From assembly GCA_038244715.1 (NCBI GenBank), contig JBBRTE010000014.1, forward strand, positions 61,775 to 125,774: 64,000 nucleotides of DNA. The letters are read 5' to 3'. The notes beneath the pieces are model-generated. The model did no database searches and was not told where the DNA came from. It saw only the letters and a list, made by a program, of their open reading frames with translations. This document shows, piece after piece, positions 18,056 through 28,144 of this stretch. Position 1 is the stretch's first letter; each line of letters begins with the position of its first letter. This stretch comes from Thermoanaerobaculia bacterium. GTDB taxonomy: Bacteria; Acidobacteriota; Thermoanaerobaculia; Gp7-AA8. The position numbers and the translations under genes were made by a program.

Positions 18056-20266
18056 ATGAAACGGATCACGGTTTTCCTCTCGTTCCTGATGCTCGCGGCC
18101 TGCGCCTCGGCGCCTCCGGTCCCCGCCAGCCATCCCCCCGCGCCGAAAATTGTCGTGCCGCCTCCCGCACACTCGCCGAATGCATTGACGTCGATTCCCG
18201 TGGTTGCGAAGTCGATCGCGGAGCCGCGCATCCGCGTCGGGCTGGCGAATGACCAGACCATGGTCTCCTTTCCGCGCGGCGCCGGCGGGTACTACGTCGT
18301 CAGCGACGCGGGTGCCTCGATGATCCATCGCGGCTTCACGTTGACCGCGCCGGTCACGGATGCTGCCGCACACTACGCCGTCCAGGTCAGTACGATCTCC
18401 GATCTGACGAGCGCAAACGCCCTCGCCGAAAAGGTGCGCGCGGATTCGCAGCAGCGCGCGGACGTACTGATCGACACTGGTGGCACCGCCTATCGGGTGG
18501 TCGCCGGCGATTTTCTGACGTCGAATGACGCACAGGGCTTGCGGGACCAGCTCACCCAGCACGGCTTCGGAACGAACCTTCTCATCGTCAAACGCCCGTC
18601 TGATCAGCCGTTTCCGAAACGGCATCAGCTGGCCGACGATGAAGGCGAGACGGCCCTGCTCGACGGCGAGTCGCTGCTGGTCATGCCGATCAGCGCGGAC
18701 ACACTGACGATCGCCGATAAGCCCTATCGCACCGCGGCGCGCGTGTTCATCAATCAGCGGGGCACATACAACGTCATCAACGAGTTGAACCTGGAGGACT
18801 ACCTGCGCGGCGTGGTTCCCGCGGAGATGGGCTCGAAGATCTACGACGAGGTCGAGGCGCTGAAAGCCCAGGCCATCGCCGCCCGCACCTACGCTGTCCG
18901 CAACCTCGGGCAATTCAAACGGGAGGGTTACGATATCTGCGCCGGCCCGGCGTGCCAGGCGTACAACGGGTTTTCCGGCGAGGAGGCGCTCACCGATCGG
19001 GCCGTGCGCGAGACCGCTGGCCTGATCGCGACCTACAACGGTCTGCCGATCGACGCGCTCTACACCGCGACCTGCGGAGGAGAGACCTCCGACGCCGGCA
19101 CGATGTTCCCCGGCCGCAACGAGCCCTATCTGAAGCGCGTTCGCTGCGTAGAGGACCAGGTGCTGACGATCGCCGGACGTTCCGACAGCGGCCTTCTTTC
19201 CGAACAGCAGGCAAACGCGCGGATGTTCGCCGCGGTCAGCGGACTGGCCGACTCCGGATCGTCATGGAGCGCCCGCGACGTGGAGCAGGCAGTCTCCGCG
19301 GCGATGCAGAAACTGCACTTCACCCCTCTGAGCAGCATCTCGCCCCTCTCCTCGCGGCGCGGCGATGTGCTCACGTATCTCGCCGCCGCTCTCGGCTTCG
19401 ATCGCTACTCGTCCGTCGTGACGATGCCGGAAGACCGCGCGTACTACTTTCCGCAGTCGCCCGCCAGGGAAACGACGCCGTATCGTGCCGCCGGCTTTCT
19501 CATCAAGTTCGGCTTCCTGCCGGCCGAGGCGATCGATCGGGCCGACTTGAATACGGCGATGCCGTGGGAAGAGTTGTATGGATTACTCGGATCGTGGATG
19601 CGGAAGCACGCCGCGATGACCGATGTCACCGGGAAAATCCTCGGCGTTGCGGGGCGCGACGTCACGTTGAAGATCGACGGAAAGGCGACGAAGTTCACGC
19701 TGCCGGCCGGCACCCCGATCTTCCGCAAGGTGAATGACCGCTACCAGGAGTATCGCGGCGCGCCCGTGACGCTCGGCGACCGGATCACGATCACTTCCGA
19801 CGCCGCGAAGAGGCCGGTGGCGATGCTCATCAACACCTACCTCGACGGCGCGTCGTTCGATCGAAGCTCGAGCTTTGCCAGCTGGACGCGCAGCTTCCGC
19901 GCCGACGAACTGGTGACCTCGATCAACAAGCGCAATCCGATCCGTCAGCTCCAGGGGATCCGCCCGCTGGTCACCGATGCCTCGCAGCGCATCGCGGAAC
20001 TGGAGGTCACCGCGGAGAACGGACGGACATTCATCCTCAAGGGCCTGCCGGTACGCTGGTCGCTGAACGTGCCCGACAACCTCTTCGTCTACGAGAAAAC
20101 CGAAGATGCCGACGGCATGGACCGGTACACGTTTTACGGCAAGGGGTGGGGACATGGCGTCGGGTTCTGCCAGGTGGGCGCGTACGGAATGGCCACGAGC
20201 GGCTGGACGGCGCAGCAGATCCTCAAGCACTACTACACGGGGATCGAGATCCGGCCGATGAAGTAG
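18056..20266 (+). CDS. SpoIID/LytB-domain lipoprotein with a SPOR domain
   Basis: LAAC lipobox, YAVQV SPOR-like segment, LEDYLRGVVPAEM, KAQAIAARTY, GWGHGVGFCQVGA. Confidence 0.88.
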   Translation: MKRITVFLSFLMLAACASAPPVPASHPPAPKIVVPPPAHSPNALTSIPVVAKSIAEPRIRVGLANDQTMVSFPRGAGGYYVVSDAGASMIHRGFTLTAPVTDAAAHYAVQVSTISDLTSANALAEKVRADSQQRADVLIDTGGTAYRVVAGDFLTSNDAQGLRDQLTQHGFGTNLLIVKRPSDQPFPKRHQLADDEGETALLDGESLLVMPISADTLTIADKPYRTAARVFINQRGTYNVINELNLEDYLRGVVPAEMGSKIYDEVEALKAQAIAARTYAVRNLGQFKREGYDICAGPACQAYNGFSGEEALTDRAVRETAGLIATYNGLPIDALYTATCGGETSDAGTMFPGRNEPYLKRVRCVEDQVLTIAGRSDSGLLSEQQANARMFAAVSGLADSGSSWSARDVEQAVSAAMQKLHFTPLSSISPLSSRRGDVLTYLAAALGFDRYSSVVTMPEDRAYYFPQSPARETTPYRAAGFLIKFGFLPAEAIDRADLNTAMPWEELYGLLGSWMRKHAAMTDVTGKILGVAGRDVTLKIDGKATKFTLPAGTPIFRKVNDRYQEYRGAPVTLGDRITITSDAAKRPVAMLINTYLDGASFDRSSSFASWTRSFRADELVTSINKRNPIRQLQGIRPLVTDASQRIAELEVTAENGRTFILKGLPVRWSLNVPDNLFVYEKTEDADGMDRYTFYGKGWGHGVGFCQVGAYGMATSGWTAQQILKHYYTGIEIRPMK

Positions 20267-20289
20267 GGACAGAGCCGCGGTCGCTCCTC

Positions 20290-20964
20290 TTACGGCTCGC
20301 TGCCCAGAACCAGCGTCGCCAGCGCGACGGCGACGCGCCGGTCGAGTTTCGTCGCGGGATTGAGTGTGAGCAGATCTGCGTGGCCATCGGTGCCGGGCCG
20401 GCGGATGATCCATCCCGCTTCCTCACCCTTCCAGACGATGCGGATGTTCGACTGGTACGCGGGTGAGACGTTGCCGAGGGTCTTGGCGAGCCAGGCTTTG
20501 GGGAGCGACTCCTCCACCGCTTCGCCTTGCGCGATCTTGCCGTTTTCTTCCAGAAGCCGCCACCGGTTGCGGCCGAGCCGGGAGAAGTACGACCGGGCGA
20601 TCCGCCCGACCGGTTTGCCATCTGGAGTGGCCACGACATAGGTGACGCTCGGAAGGTGCAGCCCGGGCTGTTGTGTGATCAGAATCGCCGGGGAGGCACC
20701 CTCGAAGATCGTCGCCTGGGTCGCGGGGATGAGCATGATGATGACCGCGGCGAACGCCGCACTGAGCATGAGCGCCGCCAGTGCCGGGAGAGGACGTCGC
20801 TCCAGCAGCAGGAAGGCCGCTCCGGCAACGCCGGCGAAGATCACGATTGCAGACATGAGCCCTGCCACCAGTCCGATGACGGTCGCAAAACTTCGGTAGG
20901 AGAGGATGGCGGTGCCGTCTTCGCCCCGGATGTACGCGGTCTCGCCCGCGGGGATTCCGCTCAT
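20290..20964 (-). CDS. Membrane protein with a LURP-one/scramblase-like C-terminus; probably the 3' part of the FHA gene
   Basis: Two TM helices, C-terminal LDRRVAVALA; frame stays open upstream to the A10 run. Confidence 0.65.
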   Translation of the reverse strand: MSGIPAGETAYIRGEDGTAILSYRSFATVIGLVAGLMSAIVIFAGVAGAAFLLLERRPLPALAALMLSAAFAAVIIMLIPATQATIFEGASPAILITQQPGLHLPSVTYVVATPDGKPVGRIARSYFSRLGRNRWRLLEENGKIAQGEAVEESLPKAWLAKTLGNVSPAYQSNIRIVWKGEEAGWIIRRPGTDGHADLLTLNPATKLDRRVAVALATLVLGSEP

Positions 20965-21104
20965 GAACTGGAAGCGTCCACGGTCGAGGGCGGGCGGCGT
21001 GGTGGGGATCGACGCTGCGGGGACGGTGGCGAGGGGCGCGGGAGAGGGAAGATCGCTGATCGGTTCGGTGGCCGGGTCGAGGACCGCGCCCTCGCCGTCA
21101 GACG

Positions 21105-21578
21105 CTAATCCGCTTTTTTTTTTAGATCGGATGCGCTCAGCTGTTCGTGCGGCTGCGTCGAGAGGTTGTAACGCTCGTGCTGCGCGGTTGCCGCGATCGG
21201 GGGCTGGTCGGCGGGGATTCCTGCCGCCGGCATGGGGATGGGTTGCTCGAACGGCTCCGCGGCCGGTACTCCGTCACTCTCGGTCGGCAGCTCCTCCGAG
21301 AAGTGTCCGTACGTGTTTCCCATGCGCACCTTCGACGTATGCGTCAGCGGAGCGACCTTCACACGCTTTCCATTGATGTACGTGCCGTTCGCGCTCGAGA
21401 GGTCGTGCACCACGAAGAAACCGCGCTCGAAAACGATCTCCGCGTGATGACGCGAGACCTTCGGATCGCGCAGGATGATGTCGTTGCCTGGGTCGCGGCC
21501 GACGGTGAATGGCCGGTGCGTCTGCAAGCGGTAACTCTTCTCTGTGCCGTCGAGTCCGACGAAAAAGAGTTTGGCCAT
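21105..21578 (-). CDS. FHA-domain protein, terminating just after an A10 run
   Basis: VGRDPGND, VSRHHAEI, DLSSANGTYING. Confidence 0.85.
   Translation of the reverse strand: MAKLFFVGLDGTEKSYRLQTHRPFTVGRDPGNDIILRDPKVSRHHAEIVFERGFFVVHDLSSANGTYINGKRVKVAPLTHTSKVRMGNTYGHFSEELPTESDGVPAAEPFEQPIPMPAAGIPADQPPIAATAQHERYNLSTQPHEQLSASDLKKKAD
21114..21123 (-). repeat. A10 homopolymer (T10 on +) at the FHA frameshift junction
   Basis: Ten consecutive T at 21114-21123 in a very GC-rich context. Confidence 0.95.
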
Positions 21579-21624
21579 GGATGTCGGATTGTAGCCGAAC
21601 TGCCGCACATCCGGCGGTCACGGG

Positions 21625-21981
21625 TCACGGGATCGGCCGTTGGATCTCCATCACCAGCTCTTCGATCGAGACCGGTTTCGTCAGCCAGCAGCGGATGCGC
21701 GGATCGAGCTTCTCCGGCGGTTGTTGTCCACTGATGACGATTACCGGCACTCCGGCAGTGCCGTTCTCGCTCAGCTTGTTGAGGACCTCGTTGCCGTCCA
21801 TGAGCGGCATCAGCCAGTCGAGCAGAACCACGTCGGGTTGCTCCATCGTGATCCGCTCGACCGCTTCGGCACCATTCGCGGCAAGTTTCACCTCGAAGCC
21901 GCGCTGGTTGAGCCAGATGGCGTAGAGCCTGCGGATGTCGGAGTTGTCCTCGACGATCATTACCTTTGTCCTTGCCGGCAC
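21625..21981 (-). CDS. Single-domain response regulator (CheY-like)
   Basis: VMIVEDN, LLDWLMPLMDG, VISG, LTKP. Confidence 0.92.
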   Translation of the reverse strand: MPARTKVMIVEDNSDIRRLYAIWLNQRGFEVKLAANGAEAVERITMEQPDVVLLDWLMPLMDGNEVLNKLSENGTAGVPVIVISGQQPPEKLDPRIRCWLTKPVSIEELVMEIQRPIP

Positions 21982-22026
21982 GATGCTCCATTTGTGCAGG
22001 TTTCATGCGCATGTAGAATCTCGCCC

Positions 22027-22485
22027 ATGCGAGCTGGCTGGAACGAGTACTTCATGGGCATCGCCAGTCAGGCGGCAACGCGGTCGACCTGTTCTCGCAA
22101 GCACGTCGGTGCGGTCATCGTGCGTGATCGCACGGTGCTTTCCACGGGATACAACGGATCGCTGCGCGGACTGCCGCATTGCGAGGATTCGGGCTGCGTG
22201 ATGGAAGACGGGCACTGCATTACGACCGTTCATGCCGAGGCCAACGCGATCCTCCAGGCCGCAAAAAACGGAATCGCCATCGACGGCGGCGAGCTCTACA
22301 CGACGGCCTCGCCGTGCTGGAACTGTTTCAAGCTGATTGCGAACGCCGGAATTCGGCGGATCTACTACGGCGAGCTCTATCGCGACGACCGTTCGAGCGA
22401 CGTCGCCAAACAGATCGGGATGGAACTGATCGACATCGGGATGACGCCGGGCGGGAGCCGGGGCTCAGGCGCCGCGCCGGAATGA
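22027..22485 (+). CDS. dCMP deaminase family (ComEB-like)
   Basis: STGYNG, HAEANA, SPCWNC. Confidence 0.9.
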   Translation: MRAGWNEYFMGIASQAATRSTCSRKHVGAVIVRDRTVLSTGYNGSLRGLPHCEDSGCVMEDGHCITTVHAEANAILQAAKNGIAIDGGELYTTASPCWNCFKLIANAGIRRIYYGELYRDDRSSDVAKQIGMELIDIGMTPGGSRGSGAAPE

Positions 22486-22491
22486 TTCCGC

Positions 22492-23088
22492 ATGCTCATC
22501 CTTGCGGCCGACAGCTCCCTGGCACTCCTTTCTGTTGCCCTCCTCTCCGATGACCTCCTCCTCGGCGCCATCGCGCTCGAGGGACGGTCTTCGCGCAACG
22601 AGAAGCTTCTGCCGGCCATCGACTGGCTGCTGACCGAGGCGGCGATCGCGCGCGATGCGATCGACCTGTTTGCGGTCACGCGGGGACCTGGCTCCTTCAC
22701 GGGCGTGCGCATCGGTCTGGCGACGATGCAGGGTCTCGCACTGGCTCTCGGAAAACCGGTCTGCGCGATGTCGACGCATCAGGCCATTGCCCCCGAGACG
22801 GGGCGCGTGGCCGTTGTCGATGATGCGGGGCGTGGCGAGTTCTATGTCTCGCGTTTCGAAGATGGCCGCGAAGTCGCCGGTCCGCATCTCGCCGGCGCGG
22901 ATGAGGTTCGCGACCTCGATGAGGTCATCCGGGTCGGAGAGATCGCGCAGCGGGAGAACGTCGCGCTCTCCTGTGCGCGCCGCGCGCGGTACATCGAGCT
23001 GCGTGGCGAGGGAGAGCGGTATCGGGACATTACGCCCATCTACGTTCGCCTCGCGGAAGCGGAGGTGAAGTTGCAGCAGAGCCGATGA
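22492..23088 (+). CDS. tsaB: tRNA t6A biosynthesis protein TsaB
   Basis: GPGSFTGVRIG; P-x-Y-x-R-like C-terminus; tsaB-rimI order. Confidence 0.9.
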   Translation: MLILAADSSLALLSVALLSDDLLLGAIALEGRSSRNEKLLPAIDWLLTEAAIARDAIDLFAVTRGPGSFTGVRIGLATMQGLALALGKPVCAMSTHQAIAPETGRVAVVDDAGRGEFYVSRFEDGREVAGPHLAGADEVRDLDEVIRVGEIAQRENVALSCARRARYIELRGEGERYRDITPIYVRLAEAEVKLQQSR

Positions 23089-23531
23089 GCAAACCGAACG
23101 TTGCGATCGACCGGGCCGTGGAGGCCGACGTCCCCGCCGTTCACGCGTTGGAGCAGCGCTGCTTTCCGTCGCCCTGGCGGCGCGAGTTCTTCGAGAGTGA
23201 GGTTCGGAACGAAGGGCGCTTCAACATCGTCGCGCGTCGTGACGCGCTCCTCGTCGGTTATCTCTTCGCGATGTATTTCGCGGATGAGATGCACATCAAC
23301 AAGATCGCCGTCGATGAATCGGTGCGCCGTCAGGGAATCGCGCTGGCTCTCATGCAGCGCTGCACGGCCTTCGCCGCGGAGCAGGGCGTGACCTCGATCT
23401 CTCTCGAGGTGCGTCGTTCCAACGAGGAAGCGCAGCGGTTCTACCGCTTCCTCGATTTCGAGCCAGAATACATTCGCAGTGCGTATTACCCGGATGGTGA
23501 AGCGGCTGTCGTGATGATGAAAGAGCTCTGA
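23085..23531 (+). CDS. rimI: Ribosomal-protein-alanine N-acetyltransferase
   Basis: HINKIAV, RRQGIA, LEVRRSN, YYPDGE. Confidence 0.88.
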   Translation: MSKPNVAIDRAVEADVPAVHALEQRCFPSPWRREFFESEVRNEGRFNIVARRDALLVGYLFAMYFADEMHINKIAVDESVRRQGIALALMQRCTAFAAEQGVTSISLEVRRSNEEAQRFYRFLDFEPEYIRSAYYPDGEAAVVMMKEL

Positions 23532-23533
23532 GC

Positions 23534-24571
23534 TCAGCCGCCGCTCTTCGTCATCCAGCGTACGCGATACCGCGGCGCGGGCCGTAGCTGCTGCACGATG
23601 GCCTGGCCGACTTCGATCGCGCCGACGACGGACGTGGTGTGACGCGGCATTGCGGCGATCAGGGCTGCTTCCTTGTCGGAATCGCCGCCACCGCCGGGCC
23701 TTAGCGAAAACGCAAGGGGGTCGGGTGAGACCCAGCGTCCTTCCAGCGAGGCCACCGCCTGGAGCAGCGATCGCGGCTCCGCCACCAGTTCTCCCGCCCG
23801 ACCGGGCTCGAAACCCTCGACGAGGAGAGGCTCACCAGGGACACGCACCACGATGCGTGCCGGCAGCGGGTTGTAGACCAGATCGGCCTCCGCCTCGAGC
23901 GCTTCTGTGTCCTCGTCCTGCGTGAGCGCATTCACCGCCCTGCGCATCGCAGTCACCAGATCGTGCTCTTCGGCCGTGATGAGCGAAGGTTGCGCGTCGT
24001 CCTCATCGCGAAAGAGCGCTGCGAAGAGCTCCTGCGCACGCGGCGGATGTTCATTGAGGTACTCGTACATGGTCCGCACGGCGGAGAAGTAACGGACCGC
24101 CCGTTCCGAGTAGGCGCGAAGCCGCTTTTCCGCGTCGTCCCGTTGCGGCCGCGTCGCCCGCGTCGACGTCCCGGGGTAGATGGCCAGCTCCGCCCATCCG
24201 TCGCCGCGCGTCACGACAGCGGAGACGGCGACGTCGAAGAAAATTTTCTGCAGGTCCGTGTTCTCGATCCGGGCAATCCTTTCCGCTCGGATCAACTCAC
24301 CGTGCGCGCGGTCGAGCATCACTCGGTACGATTCGGGATTGGCGTTCGCGAAGCGGAGACCCCACTCGTCGCGGCCGGCGAGAATGTCCTCGCGCAACTG
24401 ATCGTCGCGCCCGCGGTCGTGGGAGTCCTTCGTCGTCGGGATCGAGGTCGCTGCCGCAACCTCGACGCGCTCTCCATGATCGTCGAATGTCAGGGTCAGG
24501 TCGTGATGGACGATCCTTCCGCAGGATGCTGCGAACGCGAATAGAACTGCAGCGAGGAGCGCCCGTTTCAT
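23534..24571 (-). CDS. Hypothetical lipoprotein
   Basis: FAASC lipobox; ATGA overlap with the lolC/E-like gene. Confidence 0.7.
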   Translation of the reverse strand: MKRALLAAVLFAFAASCGRIVHHDLTLTFDDHGERVEVAAATSIPTTKDSHDRGRDDQLREDILAGRDEWGLRFANANPESYRVMLDRAHGELIRAERIARIENTDLQKIFFDVAVSAVVTRGDGWAELAIYPGTSTRATRPQRDDAEKRLRAYSERAVRYFSAVRTMYEYLNEHPPRAQELFAALFRDEDDAQPSLITAEEHDLVTAMRRAVNALTQDEDTEALEAEADLVYNPLPARIVVRVPGEPLLVEGFEPGRAGELVAEPRSLLQAVASLEGRWVSPDPLAFSLRPGGGGDSDKEAALIAAMPRHTTSVVGAIEVGQAIVQQLRPAPRYRVRWMTKSGG

Positions 24572-25743
24572 GCTTCCTCCCGAATTGCGGCGATGGGGTC
24601 GAGCCGCGAGGCCAGCCGGGCCGGATACCAGGTTGCGATGATCGAGAGAAGGATCGCCACCAGGTTCACCCCCACGACATCGGCCGGATCGATGGTCAGC
24701 GGCAGATAGGCGATGGGATAGATACCCACCGGCAGGGGAATCAGGTGATAGCGATTGACGGCCCAGGAGACGCTGAGTCCGACGACGTTGCCCAGAAGGG
24801 TGCCGGAGAGGCCGATGAGCAATCCGACTTCCAGAAAGATCGTGAGGATCGTCCGCTCCGTCGCGCCGAGCGTCCGCAGCACGCCCACGGAGGGGCGCTT
24901 CTCGAGGATGAGCATGGAGAGGGACGAGATGAGATTCAATGCGGCGACGAAGATGATCAGCGAGATCGTCACGAACATGACGATTTTCTCCAGACGCAGA
25001 GCGAGGAACAGGGGCCGGTTGATCTCTTTCCAGGTCTTGACCTGCACACCCGGAAACTGTCCGGCCAGCTGCGACTGAATCTCCTCCGCGCGATCCTCCT
25101 GTCCGTACATCTCCATCGTCGTCGGTTTGCCGCCGGTGCCGAAGAGGCTTTCGGTCTCGCGGAGATTGAGGACGCCGTCGGCATTCGACGCGTCATCCGC
25201 GGTGTGCTCACCAGAGCCGGGGGGGAGGAGACGGGCGATGCGGTACTTTCGCCAGACCGGCATGGGGCCGAACGGAGTCAGGCGCGTGCGCGGCGCGACG
25301 ACGGTGAGGGTCTCACCGACGTTGAGTGAGAGGGCGGCGGCGAAGTCGCGGGTCACCTCGATGTCGCTGTCCGACTCCGGCTGGTGAAGAGCACCGGAGC
25401 GGAGCCGCATCGGCCGGCCGTGCCGCCGCCGGTCATTGGCTCCCCAGCCGATGCCGCTGACGAGGGGCCGCACCTCGCGCATGCCCAGCCGCAGACCGGC
25501 GCCGGAGATCGCGTCTGCCTGATCGATTGTCGGCGATCCTGCGGGCTCGATGAGGAGTTGGGGACTCGATGCGATGAGACGCCGCGTGATCTGCCCCTGC
25601 AGGCCGGCCATGAGCGCCAGCGAGATGATCAGCGTGAAGACGCCGACGGCCAGTCCGAGCATCGAGATCGAGGAGAGAAACGCCGTGTGCGCGCGCTTGC
25701 GTGCGGACCAGAGATAGCGGCGTGCGATGCGGTTTTCCAGCAT
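24568..25743 (-). CDS. Lipoprotein-releasing ABC permease (LolC/LolE family)
   Basis: ARRYL, LALRLEK, LNLISSLSMLILEK, YPARLASRLDP. Confidence 0.88.
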   Translation of the reverse strand: MLENRIARRYLWSARKRAHTAFLSSISMLGLAVGVFTLIISLALMAGLQGQITRRLIASSPQLLIEPAGSPTIDQADAISGAGLRLGMREVRPLVSGIGWGANDRRRHGRPMRLRSGALHQPESDSDIEVTRDFAAALSLNVGETLTVVAPRTRLTPFGPMPVWRKYRIARLLPPGSGEHTADDASNADGVLNLRETESLFGTGGKPTTMEMYGQEDRAEEIQSQLAGQFPGVQVKTWKEINRPLFLALRLEKIVMFVTISLIIFVAALNLISSLSMLILEKRPSVGVLRTLGATERTILTIFLEVGLLIGLSGTLLGNVVGLSVSWAVNRYHLIPLPVGIYPIAYLPLTIDPADVVGVNLVAILLSIIATWYPARLASRLDPIAAIREEA

Positions 25744-25762
25744 GCGGGCGGGTGCGAACCGG

Positions 25763-27331
25763 CTACTGCGCCTTCTCGGGCTCGCGGCCACCACCCGAAT
25801 CGCGTGGCCGCATCAACGGAAAGAGGATGACGTCGCGGATCGATGGCGAATCGGTCAGGATCATCGCCAGCCGGTCGATGCCGATTCCTTCTCCTGCCGT
25901 CGGCGGCATGCCGTACTCGAGCGCGTTGACGTAGTCCTCGTCCATCTGCATCGCTTCGTCATCGCCCCGTTCCCGTTCGCCGAGCTGCTGCCGGAAACGG
26001 CGGTCCTGTTCATCCGCGTCGTTGAGCTCGGAGAAGGCGTTGGCCACCTCCATCCCGCCGATGTAGAGCTCGAAGCGCTCGACGTAGTTCGGGTCGTCCT
26101 TCCGCTGTTTCGAGAGCGGCGAGACCTCGGTGGGGAAGTCGGTGATGAACGTGGGATGGATGAGATGCCGTTCGGCGACGTGCTCGAACAACTCGGCCAG
26201 CAGCTTCCCTTCGTTGACCGATGCCAGATCGGCTGCGTCGCGGCCTGCCCGTTCGACGAGCAGTTGCTGCAACGAGGCGCGATCCGACAACTGCGAGCTG
26301 TCGATCCCGCCGAAATGCGCGATCGCCTCTTTCATCGTGTAGCGTGCGAAGGGACGCCCAAAGCTGATGTCGTTGCCGCGGAACTGTACGTGGTCCGCCG
26401 CGCAGACGGCTCCTGCGAGACCGCTGAGCAGCTCTTCGCTTCGTGCGATAAGGTCGTTGTAGTCCGCGTAGGCCTCGTAGAACTCCAGCATCGTGAACTC
26501 GGGATTGTGCTGCGTCGAGATCCCCTCGTTCCGGAAGTTGCGGTTGATCTCGTACACGCGCGAGAGGCCGCCGACGATCAGCCGCTTCAGATAGAGCTCG
26601 GGCGCGATGCGCATGAAGAGGTCGATGTCGAGCGCGTTGTGGTGCGTACGGAACGGCCTGGCCGCGGCGCCGCTGGCGATCGGCTGCATCATCGGCGTCT
26701 CGACCTCGATGAAGCCGTGACCGTCGAAATAGTTGCGGATGTAGCGGACGATCTTCGCGCGCGTCTCGAACGTCGCCTTGACGCTGTCGTTCACGATGAG
26801 GTCGACGTAGCGCTGCCGGTAACGCTGCTCCACATCCGTCAAGCCGTGCCACTTGCTGGGCAGCGGCCGCATGGCCTTGACCAGGAACTTGAGATGCGCC
26901 GCCTTCACGGAAAGCTCATTGGTCTTCGTGCGGAAGAGCGTTCCCCCCACTTCCACCCAATCGCCAGTATCCAGGTTCTGGTAGAGCGACCATTCCGTTT
27001 CGGAGAGCGTGTCCTTGCGGCAATAGACCTGGATGCGCGCGGTCTTTTCGGAGAGGACGAGGAACGCGGTCTTGCCGAACTCACGGATGGCCATGATGCG
27101 GCCGGCGATTTTCACGGAAACAGGAGCTGCTTCGAGATCCTGGGCCGACGCGCCGCCCTGGGTGCCGACCAGGCCGTCGATTGTCGTATCGACGTCCGCC
27201 TTCGTCGGGTAGGCATCGAAGCCGAGGGCGACGATACGGTCGAGCTTCTCACGGCGGACGCGGATCAGCTCGGATTCGGGGACTTCGGGTTGGACCGCGC
27301 CAGCCGCGGTGTGCGTTTCTTGATCGGTCAT
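25763..27331 (-). CDS. lysS: Lysine--tRNA ligase (class II)
   Basis: [50 protein letters not shown]. Confidence 0.97.
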   Translation of the reverse strand: MTDQETHTAAGAVQPEVPESELIRVRREKLDRIVALGFDAYPTKADVDTTIDGLVGTQGGASAQDLEAAPVSVKIAGRIMAIREFGKTAFLVLSEKTARIQVYCRKDTLSETEWSLYQNLDTGDWVEVGGTLFRTKTNELSVKAAHLKFLVKAMRPLPSKWHGLTDVEQRYRQRYVDLIVNDSVKATFETRAKIVRYIRNYFDGHGFIEVETPMMQPIASGAAARPFRTHHNALDIDLFMRIAPELYLKRLIVGGLSRVYEINRNFRNEGISTQHNPEFTMLEFYEAYADYNDLIARSEELLSGLAGAVCAADHVQFRGNDISFGRPFARYTMKEAIAHFGGIDSSQLSDRASLQQLLVERAGRDAADLASVNEGKLLAELFEHVAERHLIHPTFITDFPTEVSPLSKQRKDDPNYVERFELYIGGMEVANAFSELNDADEQDRRFRQQLGERERGDDEAMQMDEDYVNALEYGMPPTAGEGIGIDRLAMILTDSPSIRDVILFPLMRPRDSGGGREPEKAQ

Positions 27332-27379
27332 GCGGCGCACATGATATTCACATTGCGCCGCACGGCCGTGGCGCTCTGC

Positions 27380-28144
27380 TTATTGCGGCGGTCTCGCCGG
27401 TTGCGGCACAGGCTGTAACGGCATTCCCGGAGCAGGAGGAGGCGGCTGCTGCGAGATGTTCGTCACGGGCGTCGATGGCAGCACGATGTCTTTTGCGGCC
27501 GGCTGGAGCGACGGCGCCTCGAAACCCGGCTGCACGTAGCCCGGCGGCGTCGGTTGGAAGGCCATGCTGGTGCGTGCCTTGGTGGTCGGATATGCCTTGA
27601 TCAGCGCGAGGTCGATGAGTTTGCTGTCGACGATGCGGGGGTTGACGCGAACGTCCAGCAGCGAATGGTTGATCGACAGCGCTTTCGCGTAGTAGTCGAC
27701 CGCGGCCCGCTGGTGATGACGCTGCTCCTCCATCAGGCCGAGTTGGAAGAGTGCCGCCGAGTGTCCCGGCTTGTAGTGAACCGTCCGAGAGAAAGCATGG
27801 TGCGACCCGGCCCAGTCCCCGCGGGACATGCGGATGAGGCCGAGGTTGTACCAGGCGGGGTAGAAGTGAGCATCGGCGTTGACGGCGCGCTCGAATTCCG
27901 TCTCCGCGTCCTTCGGAAATCCCTTCTGGAGCAGCATCTGTCCCAGCGTGTTGTGCAGGCTGGCGGATCCCGGGTTGTCCTGCAGCGCGTTCATGGTCGC
28001 GGTGATCTGCGCATCGAGAGGCGAGCCGGTGTTGAGGTAGCGCTGGTAGAACGGGTGCGAGTATGCGTTCGCATCGCGATGACCGCTGGAGGCACAGGCG
28101 GCCAGCGTGAACAGTGCTGCAAAGAGGAGGAGGCGTTTCATCAT
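27380..28144 (-). CDS. TPR lipoprotein with a Pro-rich tail
   Basis: LAAC lipobox; 3-4 TPR-like repeats. Confidence 0.8.
   Translation of the reverse strand: MMKRLLLFAALFTLAACASSGHRDANAYSHPFYQRYLNTGSPLDAQITATMNALQDNPGSASLHNTLGQMLLQKGFPKDAETEFERAVNADAHFYPAWYNLGLIRMSRGDWAGSHHAFSRTVHYKPGHSAALFQLGLMEEQRHHQRAAVDYYAKALSINHSLLDVRVNPRIVDSKLIDLALIKAYPTTKARTSMAFQPTPPGYVQPGFEAPSLQPAAKDIVLPSTPVTNISQQPPPPAPGMPLQPVPQPARPPQ

Noticed and set aside
25727-27418. Long antisense or alternative-frame ORFs (e.g. 25727-27418, 10606-11832, 36333-37808, 31676-33097, 51154-52623, 55922-57748)
   Set aside because: They shadow well-supported genes, have no recognisable motifs, and are expected in high-GC DNA with biased third positions.
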